A stretch of 64,000 nt of DNA, from the NCBI GenBank assembly GCA_002633005.1, contig NMRA01000152.1, positions 422,594 to 486,593 on the forward strand, in the 5' to 3' direction. Positions 40,257 to 52,600 of this stretch are shown here, piece by piece. Source of the stretch: Phoronis australis (lineage: Eukaryota; Animalia; Phoronida). The notes under the pieces are model-generated. The model worked only from the letters and a program-made list of their open reading frames with translations, had not been told where the DNA came from and ran no database searches. A program made the translations under genes and the position numbers. Position 1 is the first letter of the stretch. Every line of letters begins with the position of its first letter.

Positions 40257-40636
40257 CTACTCGAATATGCCAGTAGAGGGTTTCTTCTTGCTCTTTCTCT
40301 TAAAGCTACCTGACCTGAGCTTAGGCTGTGCGTGATTGGCTGAGCCATGACGTATGCGGGCTCCATTGGCCGCCAGCTGGAGTTCCATGGTTTCCTTGTC
40401 AGTTGGTGACTGAGCACTGCTCACACTAAGACTGGACATTGAACTGGACATGGTCAGATGAGAACTAATTCCCAGGGAGCTAGGGTAGGGATTTTGCACA
40501 TCCAAGTCATCGCCTGGAAGACAAGTCTCAACCATCGCCTCCAGACAGTTGACAAACAGCTCGGCGTTGTCGTTGGACACTCCAGGATTCTTGGTGAACG
40601 GTCCAGCAAAACGCCACAGCCCGCCGAATCCAATTG
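40257..40636 (-). CDS. NF1: NF1 last coding exon ([44 protein letters not shown]...[31 protein letters not shown])
   Basis: ttcttcag| acceptor, phase-1 entry; GLWRFAGPF motif; TAG stop at 40259-40257. Confidence 0.95.
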
Positions 40637-43600
40637 CTGAAGAAAATGAAAATGGGTGATGTACAGCAATGTAAATCCCAGTATCAGAGGCAACACTGCC
40701 ATCTTTTTAAATTAAATTCCAGTAAATTGTAAATTCCGTAAAAAATGAACCTGTATTTATTTTTAAGAAGAAGAAGAGAATGTTCAAGTTCTGCACACAT
40801 ACAGAGTTACTTGACCAATATGCGATCGCTTCTCTGTGAGAATTCTTAACAATTGCTTACACCTTTATTACTTTTATTTGACAGCACAACATTACCAGTT
40901 GATGCTCTTAAAATCTTGTTTTGGTGTTTGAGAATATTTTCAACTTAAAAATAAAGCAAAAATGATTTGTTGGGAAGTAAATCAAACGTTAGAGCAATTT
41001 CGCAAAAACACTGAAAACTGTGTTTAGTTATCCCCCAGGGGACGAGACACAAAATGGTCCATTGGATAAGTTGACCAAATACAATAGGGATTTGTCAAGG
41101 TGAAAGTTGTTTGTCAGAGGATAATCGTCAGAGTAAATTGGAAGTATTTTAACCAGATGCGATTTGTGAAATGGGATTTGGCACTACACAACATTAAAAC
41201 AACCAAAAACACAAAACAAAGTTACAGGCCTGGGGGAATTCAAAACCAGTGGCTTACAAAAACCAATTTCCATGTTTTGACAAGTATCCACATCGCCGAC
41301 ATCTTTGAACCTTCCTGCATTCCATCAGAAACAGAAATTTAATTCTCCAAAATGAAAACTAAGAAACACTGGATTTTCACTGAACATGATCTATAGAGGT
41401 TCAGCTGGAGGATGAAATGGTGATTGACAAGCACTTGACAGGCCAGCAACCCAGCATTTTGTGAGACACCTGAATTTTTAACAAGTCAAGTCCGTGAGCA
41501 GGTAATACCTCTCCAAGGCTTTGATGACCAAGAACAATTTTGTCAGTGAATTTCTGTCACCCGTGACTATGGAAGTCTATGACCATTGACAATAGAATGA
41601 CTTAATATTTGCTTGATCAATAACAATACCTCTATTGCTGTATATGCACCAAATTGTAGTCAAGCATTTTCAAGCAGTGTTACAAACTCAAGGTTCATCT
41701 CATTAAAGGTTGCAAACTCGGAAATACCTAAGATCATTGTATCTCACTTTCTTAGCACATGGTTCATTAAAATACTTTAAGAAGATGGTGATTTAATGAG
41801 AGTATAAACTAGTCAAATTTACATTTACTTAGTGTTTCCACAAAAAGAGTTGCTCCCACTATTACATACCTGCAACCATCTCATATATGACTAGGAGTAC
41901 AACCTTAAATAAAATGGACCTTAAAATATTACAGCTTCAATTAAAAAGCAAAACTCTGCAACTCTAACACTGTATCTGGGTTTCAAAGCAGCCACTGATA
42001 CATGAAAGTCAGGGTGGGGAAAGATGTATTTGAAAATACATTTTGAGCTGAGAAATGACGCATTTGGACAAGCGATACACTCAGTTAAAGCACAGAGCTG
42101 GCTAACACACTAATACTAGGGGGCGCTACATTCAGATATCAGTTGTGTGAAAAAATGTGCATCGTGCGAGGCAGGGGAACAGAGTCAATCTTGAGGTGGA
42201 TTAGTTTGCTTTTAACTAGTTACGCAATGTAAGAATGAACTAAGAGAGACGATGAGTGCACTTTCAGTCAGTTAAAATATTAGAGAAACAGTAACTCTAA
42301 CACTGTGCTCTCTAACAACTCCGAATTCCCTCTCTATTTCTAAAACTAACTAAACCAACCCCAATCATTAGAAGTATTCTGCAACCATTCACGCAAGTTA
42401 ACCACTTGAATTTTCATTGAGAAAATGATAGCTTTAGGAAGCAAATTATTCTCATTTTACTCAAAGTGAAAAATTAATAGCACTTTACAAATAGAGTGTT
42501 TACCATGTATCGGTTACATTAATTAATTTTTTAACATTATTTCAAACAAAAAGCAAAATGGGAACTAGTAAGACATAATTTCGGTATTTTGTAATTATGG
42601 CAGCAATTAAAGCACCTTTATTTTGGAAATCATAGTTCATGAGCAGCAACAGAGTAGCTTAAAACAAAATTGGTGTCAACATGTTCAAATTAACATATTA
42701 ACAAAATACATGATCTCTAAAAATGGAACCGGCTGAATTCAGATGAATAACAAAATATGTGTTAGTTCAATGCAACAAAAACCAAACGTGCTTAACAGAA
42801 TGGTCTGAATTGAAAAACAAGAAGAGTGCGCAATAAAGTTAACATGAGACTACATAGTCAAGTGACAGGAGAATGCCTGATGACGTCACAGCAGAAGTGG
42901 TGGCTGTAAGTGTGAAGCGAAACTTAAACAGAAAAAACGGAAACACTTGCATTTTGGATATCTTCAACACTGTCTAGAGCATGCAGTAATTCAAGGGGAC
43001 ACATCTCTCCATGTGCACTCAATAGTGGACGACATACTGTCAACAAGAACTTGGAAAAGACAACAAGAGAATATAAGTGATAAGTCAGTGACTGAAATCT
43101 CACTGAGTTCAACAGAAAGTATAAAGCTTCACTTGACAATTACAAACTAAAAGAGAAAAAATATTACAATTATGGCGAAATCTAATATCAAACAATAGAT
43201 CGAGTAATATTGATTATCGTAATTGTAAGATTTCACTACCGCTGGCAGTATGTTGGTTTTCATAACATAAGACTGAACAGCATTGAACGGATATCAAAAG
43301 CCCATAGGAATGTCAATCAGTTCCCATGTGTGCAACTTAGAGGTCTTCAAATGCAACAGCGGATTTACATTGTCCAAAAAACCAATATTGACAAACACAT
43401 GCAGTGGTGACTGCTAGCTTTAGTGCGCTCAGGAACAAGGGCAACCTAGTGGGGGTCACTCAACAATCTAAGCCCCAGCATCAGGCTATGGTGTACTTGC
43501 AGCACATCAAAACATAACAATATCAACTGGAATATGCAGATTACAACAGGTTTACAACACAAGGCTCAGCTGGGAAAATCTACTTGTCTTCGGCCATGAC

Positions 43601-46600
43601 ATTCACATTGAGCAATTCAGTAAAAGTTGCCCTCGGCCAACCAATAGCAACTGTTTTAACAGTTAAAAAAACTTCGATCTCCACCAGAGGTATCGAACAA
43701 TACAAACCTCTCCCCTACTGAAAACAGCAAAACATTTCTCAGGTTCTTATGCAATATGTTTTGCATGGGGTTTTTGAACATATCAATTTGTAGTTCTTGG
43801 GCCATAACGCCTTGACGATGGTTGTGGTAACTGCCACCATGTGATATGATTGCCGTTTGTTTTAAGGCCATGATTGGCGGTTGACAAGAAGTCCATCCTC
43901 CAAGCCATGTTCTCCAAAGGCATGCAAAAACCTTCACCAACAAGCAACTAGTAAAAAGCTTAAGCTGGATATTATGTAAAGCCATGATCTTGTGAAATGA
44001 TCTTGTGCAATGATCTTGTGAAATGATCTTGTCAAAATTAAATAACACAGTTCACTGCTTGTTTTTGTACCAAATAATTACAGTAAGAAGTTTTGTACAA
44101 GGTTGGTGTTTAAAATTCGTTTGATATTCCTGTTTAAAAAAGGTTGAGCATTAATTTTTTAAATCGGGAAGACTTGAAGCCCAAAACTGAGACGAACGCT
44201 TTCTGTTTATTTCCATTCTATATGTAGTTGTATGTTCCTCTTACTACCGCTCTCGATTTAATATTTGTGTAATACTCAAAATGTTGGTTATTTTAGAGTT
44301 TTTGAGCTAAAAACTAATGCGCCAAGAAATACCATTAGGTAATAATTCACTAACAGTAGTGAAAGTGAAAGACCTTCAAACTTTGAAATTCTTCAATAAC
44401 TGTTTCTTGCAAAAGTCCGGATGTTTATTACCAGGCCAGGCATCAACAGTAACCACCAAAATCCATCTTACAACCCCATAATCGAACCTTTGCGAGATGA
44501 GTAGATTTTTGCGTCATTTGCATTGACATCGTGGAGAGGCCGCAATGTTGGATTGTGGGAGAAAACTGTGACTTGGCAGGGTCAAGTATTATGGAACGCA
44601 CTCCAAGTTATTGCCATGACATCAATGGAAGTAGGGCAAAAAGATAACATTAAAGATGCTACATCTCATTAAAACCATGAAAATTTAAATTTGTACCAAG
44701 TGCCACCCAGTGACTTCCTGAAGAACTGTGTGTACAAGTATAAAGAGGAAGACATTTTGTAAACATGTGTGCATCCAGCCTGAAAAATTGGGGTGCTCCA
44801 ATTTTTGAGAATGTGGACATTTTACTACGCTTCACAGGGTACGATCAGAGCTATGAATTGTTCATTCGGCAAATTTTGCTATTTCCCGTCTGTTTAGAGA
44901 ACTTTTGTCTCATTTTCTACTTTTTTCAAAATTTTTGTTTCTCTGAGGCACGCCTTTTTCCCCACTTTGCCAAATGGGCTCATTTGAGCCCCCATGGGTG
45001 TGCGCACGGTAAATAAACTGCGGTTTGAAAGAAAACACCACAACTGATACATGTAAAAACAACTGTAAACCTGTAAAAAAACCCTAGTAATTCCAAATAT
45101 TATGCTATCCTTATTTGATAGCGAAATAAACAGCTAATAAAAACTGTGCCTTGTTTCATTAAGGTAACGATGAAATATTACCATACTTGTTTACATAAAA
45201 ATTCTCTCAAAAAACGAGACTTTAGCGAGATTGTAACTGGTTCTCGGATGGTTTCTGGAACACTGGAGGACCCTGGATTGTTTGTAAATTTAGAACTTCA
45301 TTTGCAAATTCACAGTTTAATGAGGCTATGCATCTTTAACAGGAGACATAAGTCGAATATTTACAACTGGCATACAAAGTCAACGACTTCTCTCGTTTTG
45401 ATTGATGAAGCAATGTTAGGACTGAAATTTCAAGCACTATGCATAAAATAATCCCTTAGTCATAAAAGCCGTAATAAATAGTAGTGGTAGAGGAAAGTAC
45501 TGTACTTATATAGTGGTAGTAGGTAGTTGTAGTAATGATAGTCATAGTCAAAGTAGTGATAGACAATAGCATTGTAATCATTATTGTAAGAGCAACAGTC
45601 ACTGTAGTCAACGAATGTTGCAATAGTGGTAGATGTTATAGCAGCAGGCAAGTATTTATGTATCCTCTCATAAAACCTGTTCCGTGGACAAGAAGAATTG
45701 ATTTGCAATAGGATTTAGTCCATAAATTTAACTGAAAAGAAATATAAGAAATAATATTGTCTATAAATGTTATTTTTTAATTAATGTAAAGAGTGAGCTC
45801 CAAGTTGATTCAGCACAAATTGAAAGTGCAAAAGAAACACAAGCTTTTGCTCTACTTTATGTGACCAGAGGGCGCTGCTTTAACAAAAACAGATATACAG
45901 CTGAATAGTGTCCGCCATGTGGTGGTGCACAACTTACTCTGAAGGTAAGACAGTTGCTGCTGGGAAGCGTCCTCACAGGCTATCATGTTTTGTATGATAC
46001 TTTGCACTGCGTTAAGGATGGCCTGGTCATGACATAGCTGGAGAACACTGTTGATCTTAGAATCCAGAAGGCTGTGACTGGAACATAGAATGAGATTAGC
46101 ATACATGAGTTGAACAGATTATGAAGTTATAGACTCAATACTTCGGAAACAATAATCCTCCACACTGACCATTCATACCTTCATATTGATTGCTGCAATT
46201 GTGAAGCAATTTTACTTCATTTTAAAAACGTGAGTGTGAAGTAATGCAGGTCTCATCGTGATTCGATCCCGAAATCTTCAAGCTCGCAAGCCACGACGTT
46301 ACCACTTTGCAAGAATTCGAAAATCTTTAATCCGTTTCATGTCATCCGGATTTTGACATCACAGTAATCTTGTTTTTAAGTAACTGTAAAACGTAAATCA
46401 CCAGGTGAATGCAAACTTGCATCAAGGCATTGCACTTCTCACCATCACATTGTTGTACAAAAGGAAGGTGGTCTCAAAGGCTGCACAATACGCATCCCTT
46501 GCGCAAACCTTAGTGCGTGTACTTTGAGCATGCTAACAAACATGATCGCACTGATTTTAACCAAATGACGTTTGTGGATTGTTTTGCATTAAAAACGACC

Positions 46601-49600
46601 TTTGTATTACCCCAAAACACGACATCTTTCCCAAAATATAATCAATTATTCCTTCGTCTATTCCGAGCATCTCCTAGAAGTCATTTCAAAATCTTTCCAC
46701 AATGTTTTGTCAGTATAAAACTGGTACATATTTCCAAAATGACGTCTATTACACAAAAATCCATGTCAGTTCTTGGTCACATGGTCAGTAGAAAATTAAA
46801 TAGCAAAAACGAGACGTTGTACTTCATATCACAATATTTTGATATTACTCAATATAATCACCACGCATGTATAACATAGTCAGTACTCAGATGCAAAACA
46901 AAGGATAGACAAATCCATAATCCATTGATTCACATTACAGTACAGAATACATTCAACCTCTACCACAGCCCCAGTTTGAATGCCCCAATGTTCCTGTTTA
47001 GTGACCTCTCTACATGATATTGCCAGATAAGGAGTGCCTCACAACCTAATACGAGTATTGTCCTGTTAAGGATTTTCACAGTCCAGAAGGCTTTTTCACG
47101 GCCAGTGACAATAGAGTGAGTCAACAAAGTGCTATTAATTGTCATCCTTATTATGCTCAATCTGCTGTTATTGAATTCTGGTAGCCAGGCTGAAACAAAA
47201 CTCCTCACAATTTTCACAACTTGGACATGGTAGACTACATTTTATTCCGACCTGTTTTTAATTTGCATCTGTGTACTGATTATATTATATATGCCTGATT
47301 ACGATATTGAGAAATACCGAAACGTCCATAGGATGCACAGCATTTTGCTTTTGCTATTAGTGTCTGTTAGTCCACATCTGAAAACAAGGTTTCACTTAGA
47401 CAGTCATACAAGTGAAATGCCACCATCTAATCGCGGTGATACTCACATGACAGGAAAGACACGTGGGAAGACCACAGAGGCTTCAGCAAGGTACTCGTAT
47501 AGAATCCTCGTCTGATTCTCATCTGTAGTATTTCTGACTAGAGTGGCCTGAAATGGGCAAAAAGAATGGTATTAAAAACTGTCAAGATACATTCAACTTT
47601 ACACAGTGCATTGAAGTCTACATTCATGTCACTGAACTTGGGAAAACTGACAGCACTAGGGATGAAACGGCAGCGCTTGAGACCAGACTCTGTGTATAAA
47701 ACAACATACCATGATAAGCCAAGGTGCAGAACCTGACCTCAAGCAATTAGGAAATCCCTAATTCTTCGTGAGCCAAGAAATCAGCTCTAATCCGCGTATG
47801 TATCAAGTTGACACCATTATGACCTGAATCATTCGTTTGACATAAGGCAGTTTATAGCTAAAGCAGACTGATACAAGTGCTGCCATCATGTGTTCCAATA
47901 TAAAAGTGCTACATACCAAGACAGTTAACAGTAAAGCCTGAGTAGGGTAATCTGTTAACACCTCCGGGTCAAGTAATATACTGTTCTCATTAGACACAGA
48001 TCCTCGTGTGCTACGCTCCTTGGGAACTTCTGAGATTTCAACCTGTAGGTAAATGAAGCAAAACCTTGACAGTGTCATCCCGAAATCACACAGTCACACC
48101 TCAAACTTTGGCTATTTACAACATTATTGTGTAAATGCCAAACTTTTGTGTTCAGTTACGTTTTACCATACAGACAACATTAAGCATGATGTAAATATTC
48201 ACTACTGATTCCAGCAACACAAACACCCACAATTTTTCTATTTAAGTATCTTTCCTCCTCCCACCTTGATTATACCTAGAAAAAGCCTAAGCACTCACTT
48301 AGACAGCAATAACATTCATTACATAATCAATGCACACATTTTACGGGAGTACAAGGTATAATGCGACGTCACATGCACCGTCCTAGCTATGATGATCGCA
48401 GGCGTGTTAATGCGAATGCGATGCCACATTTTTATCAGAGTGACATGCTACACTTGACATCACGTTGACCAATTTTTACATTAAGACATAATGACCACTT
48501 CAAGAACCGCATTAAAAAACTGTGTTCAAGTTTAAACCAAAGTTAAACCATCTTTAGCATACGGGCAAATGACCGAACCTAAAAATGAGCCCTAGAGCTC
48601 AAACTCCAGGCTGTGCCTTGTCACTGACCCCCATCAAAGCAGTCATCAGGCCTTACCTTAGGCATCTGTAAGTCCTTCTGGCCCTTGGGGGTGGGCATGG
48701 AGCTGCTCCTTTGCGTCCTAAATGGCGGTCGACCCGGTGCCCCCGGCTCAAGGTCTAGACTCCTCCATGTCTTAGGGTTGCCAGGCTACACAGATAAGTT
48801 GGGTAGATTAGTGCTGGAGCAATGAACCATTGTCAGACTCTCATAAAAACTGCAGGAAATTTTAAGGCAACGAGATGAACAAAATTGCTATTTAAGCAAG
48901 ACACTATGTGGAAATAATAGACAAGTCTATCTACTATTTGCGGTCTGTCAGAAATACTAAGATGGTTACCACATAGGATATCTAAAACCTCTTGGATACA
49001 TTGTCTCAAAGCTCACTGTCACGAGATTTAAGTAGTTCAGTGCAGTCAGACAAAACTAATCAATAACATTATAGCCAATTTTTCAACTCTTCAATTAAAA
49101 TAATTATCAAAATTTTCAAAAACAGCTGATTTCCATGCAGACTTACTATAAGATTTACATTAAAAGGGAAAATGCTGGAATTTTGGATGTTTTGGCAAAT
49201 GCTAGGGCCTAACAGCCTGAAGACTCATTGCATAATCAAAAATCATTTTGAGGAACAATCAACCAGCTGAAAAGCGATTTATGATACCAGAACAAATAAT
49301 TTCCGATGTCAAAACAAATCACCACTCTTCTTTGGGTCTGCGTCTTGTAAAATCTTTTTGTTCGACAGTTAGCGTGTGGTTTTTTGATAGTAAAAGTTTT
49401 GTAATTCCTAGAGTTCCTAGACTACTTTTTTGTCATTAATCCCAATCAGGCTACAAATGGCTTCAATCAGCGCACCTCACAAGTATAACTCTAAAATCGA
49501 AACACGAGTGTCACTGACACATCATACTGACTATTTTGGTTTTGAGTTTTGTTGCAGAATTTCACTCTATTTTGCCTGATCATTGTGTTTAAGGGATATT

Positions 49601-52600
49601 TGAGGTTAAAGACTCCTGTTGGCACTACGTCTGTGACCGGGGCATGCTAGTTCGATATGGAAAACATATCACAGACCAGTTTTTTGAGAAATAAGACATT
49701 ACAAAGAGCAAGGCTGCTGAAAGTCTACATTCATTTGCTGTATTGTCACAAAAAGAGTGGAAAGCAATTCTACCCCTCGAGCCACGAGCACTCACAGCAG
49801 GGTTTCAATCTCTGAGTCCGTGACTCAAACATGGCGATTATAAACTAAAGCCACTTGTCACCGGATGGATTCCAATAAAAGTTGGAAAAAAATAGTCCAA
49901 AGTTCCTCAGAATTATCAACTAAACTTTCACGAACAAGAACCGTCGCTTAAGTTGTGTAAATTAAGGCGATACAAACAATGAGTTTACAATGGTCACACA
50001 CTGTAAGGAACAGCCATAAATAATCGTGATTTCAACTTTCGGTCTGGATTCGATTGTTAGTAACATATCTTGTTATCTAATAATGACTTTAGGCTCCCAA
50101 CATTTGGCTGAGCAAACAAGCCAATTACACATCCAGCTATTGGTAACTTAGTTTCGCATACACTTCTAGCAAAGGTTGAAGTGGGAAGCATGTATTCGTG
50201 GTCGCTGTTAAACTACACATGTCATGCAATGCAAAGCATTAATATGAGCCCACTTAGTGCTTAAGACACAGCAAAGCTACAATGGTTACTCGTTATTTCA
50301 AGCATAGCCGCTAGAGGGAGCAACAGCGGTAGAAAGGAACTGCCACTAGGTGTTGCTTCAAAACACGGCAAGAGCCACTATGGGTTGCAACATTACAGAG
50401 AGCAATTATTATACAAAAACAGTTAGGTGTCGTCCTTTCCTCTATGCAAACATAGGTGGTAAGTTTGAAATTCATGAAAAATATTTAAGAGGTTTGATGT
50501 CACTAAAATTGTCACTGGGGAAAGCCACGGCAGACAACGAGCAGGCAATGTCCTTATTTGGAACAAGTGTGCCTGATTTCAGATCCACCAGTGATATCAA
50601 TTGAAATTGATCATGAAACTCAAATTCAATTGCGGCAGACGAAAAAAAAAATTGTCACAAGAGAGCATAGTAGCAGCTGGATCTGGTCTCCTGAACAAGT
50701 GAGTACCAGACGAATACACGATTCCTCAAGGTCAGCAGACGTCAGACAATCTGAAGTCGGTTGATGACAGTATACGCCCACTTTGGACTCCTCAAGGTGT
50801 TTAAAACATACGTCAGCAGACGTTAGACAATCTGGAGTCGGTTGATGAGGGTATACGCCCACTTTGTTCGTGTGGGTACATAAACTGAGCAACAAAATTC
50901 ACCTAGAATGACTAATAGAACCCATGGGCTGATTTGACAAGACAAGAACATCGAACCAAATGTACTTTTCAGGGTGTTAAAATCAAATCTTTCTTTGAGA
51001 GATTGCGTCACATTTCTCAAAATCGTAAGAGTAAACCTTATTTAGCATGAGCCCTGAACTAGTTGTAATCAAGTCTAAAAAGAAGACTTCAAAAGACTCG
51101 ATAATTAGGATATTCTTCCATGTAAAATAGCCCAGGTCATGCAAACCAAAGCAGAACAGAATTGTCATCAAGCATCAAAAATAAGCATTAATCTAAATCT
51201 ACCTGTGGACTAAGGCATTTGGATTTGGCAATGGGAGGGGAGGTGGGATAACTTGCCGTTTCCGGCCCCTCATAACTCTTTTGCCGACGCGCCAACGGCA
51301 CTGACATCTGACTGCAGGGTGATATGCTAGGTGAGCTGGCACTACCGGCCGGATGACCGAGGGTTGCGGGATGATGATGATACGCGTTCGTTGATGCGAC
51401 CATTGGAAGCAGGTCACAGTTGATGCTGTCTGTTGACGGGGATTCGCTCAACATCTGTTGACTGCTCAGACGGTGGCACAGGTGGCAGCGGCTCCGCACC
51501 TCTTCGGACACAGACACTAGCGCTGAGTGGTGAATAAAAGAACTAATTAGAGAGCAATATATTGTCTGGGATCAAGAACCATTTTTAATTGATGTGATAA
51601 AAACACGACGAGGCCAATATGTGATATGTGATCCACTTAACAAATGGAGTTAAGCACACAAACTAGCAAGGTTTTTGTGGTTTTAAATTTAAAACGGGTT
51701 CACTTCAATATGTTAAACAAAAAAGGTTCGTAGAGCACGACACAGTTTTTACTGCCACCTACCAGCCAGATATGGAACACTCTGGGGAGTCACCTCAAAC
51801 TTGTCGCGTTTGGTTGTCTTGACGACAATCGTCAACAACATGTTCAGCACTCGGATTGTTCGAGACACGGTTGTGGGTTCAGGATGTCTGAAACCTAAAA
51901 TAGGGAGAATAGTGCCAATGAATAATATTTACTGTTCAGTAGTTTTACCACAAACATTCAAACTTCACATCGGATTGAGTACACTAATGACTTCAACAGT
52001 TGCGCCTGGTCTATCGGTTGAGACATCTGACAAGTCTATAAGCTGTAAGCCATAATTGAGAACCAATCAGATGTCTAAGCCGATTGACACGTCGCGAAGA
52101 CAATAAAGTGCAGTCATCGACAGAGATACATCAAAATGTATGTATTTCCTAATCTGAATTAAATGTTTTCAACGGTTACGTCAGACACGTCTTTCAAAAG
52201 ACTAGTTTTGCTTTTCTGTTCAATTACTGACAGTGAAATGACAAATGTTCTCCTTATAATACAATAACACATGAAAATTTAACTAGACACCTTTGTTACA
52301 GATCACCCAACAACCTGAAACCCAGGTAAGCAACATGGAAATCGACCGTTAGATACCTTTCAACAGATGGCCCACCATGGCAAAGTTGAAGTTGTTCTTA
52401 AAGCTCAAACCCATAGAATGGTCAAGTTGCTTGAAGTGCCACTCTAGAGGTTCACGAGTCTCCATCATCGTCTTCTCAATACTCTGACAAAACAAAGAAT
52501 GTTCATGTCTGGATATTTGTGATGCGAATTAAGAACAAATGNNNNNNNNNNNNNNNNNNNNNNNNNNNNNNNNNNNNNNNNNNNNNNNNNNNNNNNNNNN

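Noticed and set aside
43656-44048. 130-aa minus-strand ORF with FACLWR resembling NF1 FGGLWR (possible mutually exclusive last exon)
   Set aside because: Nearby AG acceptors enter that frame in phase 0 or 2, not the required phase 1, and similarity does not extend beyond four residues.
48786-48851. Upstream alternative acceptor (ttcctgcag) for the PGNPKT exon
   Set aside because: It would add 64 nt with an immediate in-frame TGA; the downstream tgtgtag acceptor gives a clean phase-0 exon.
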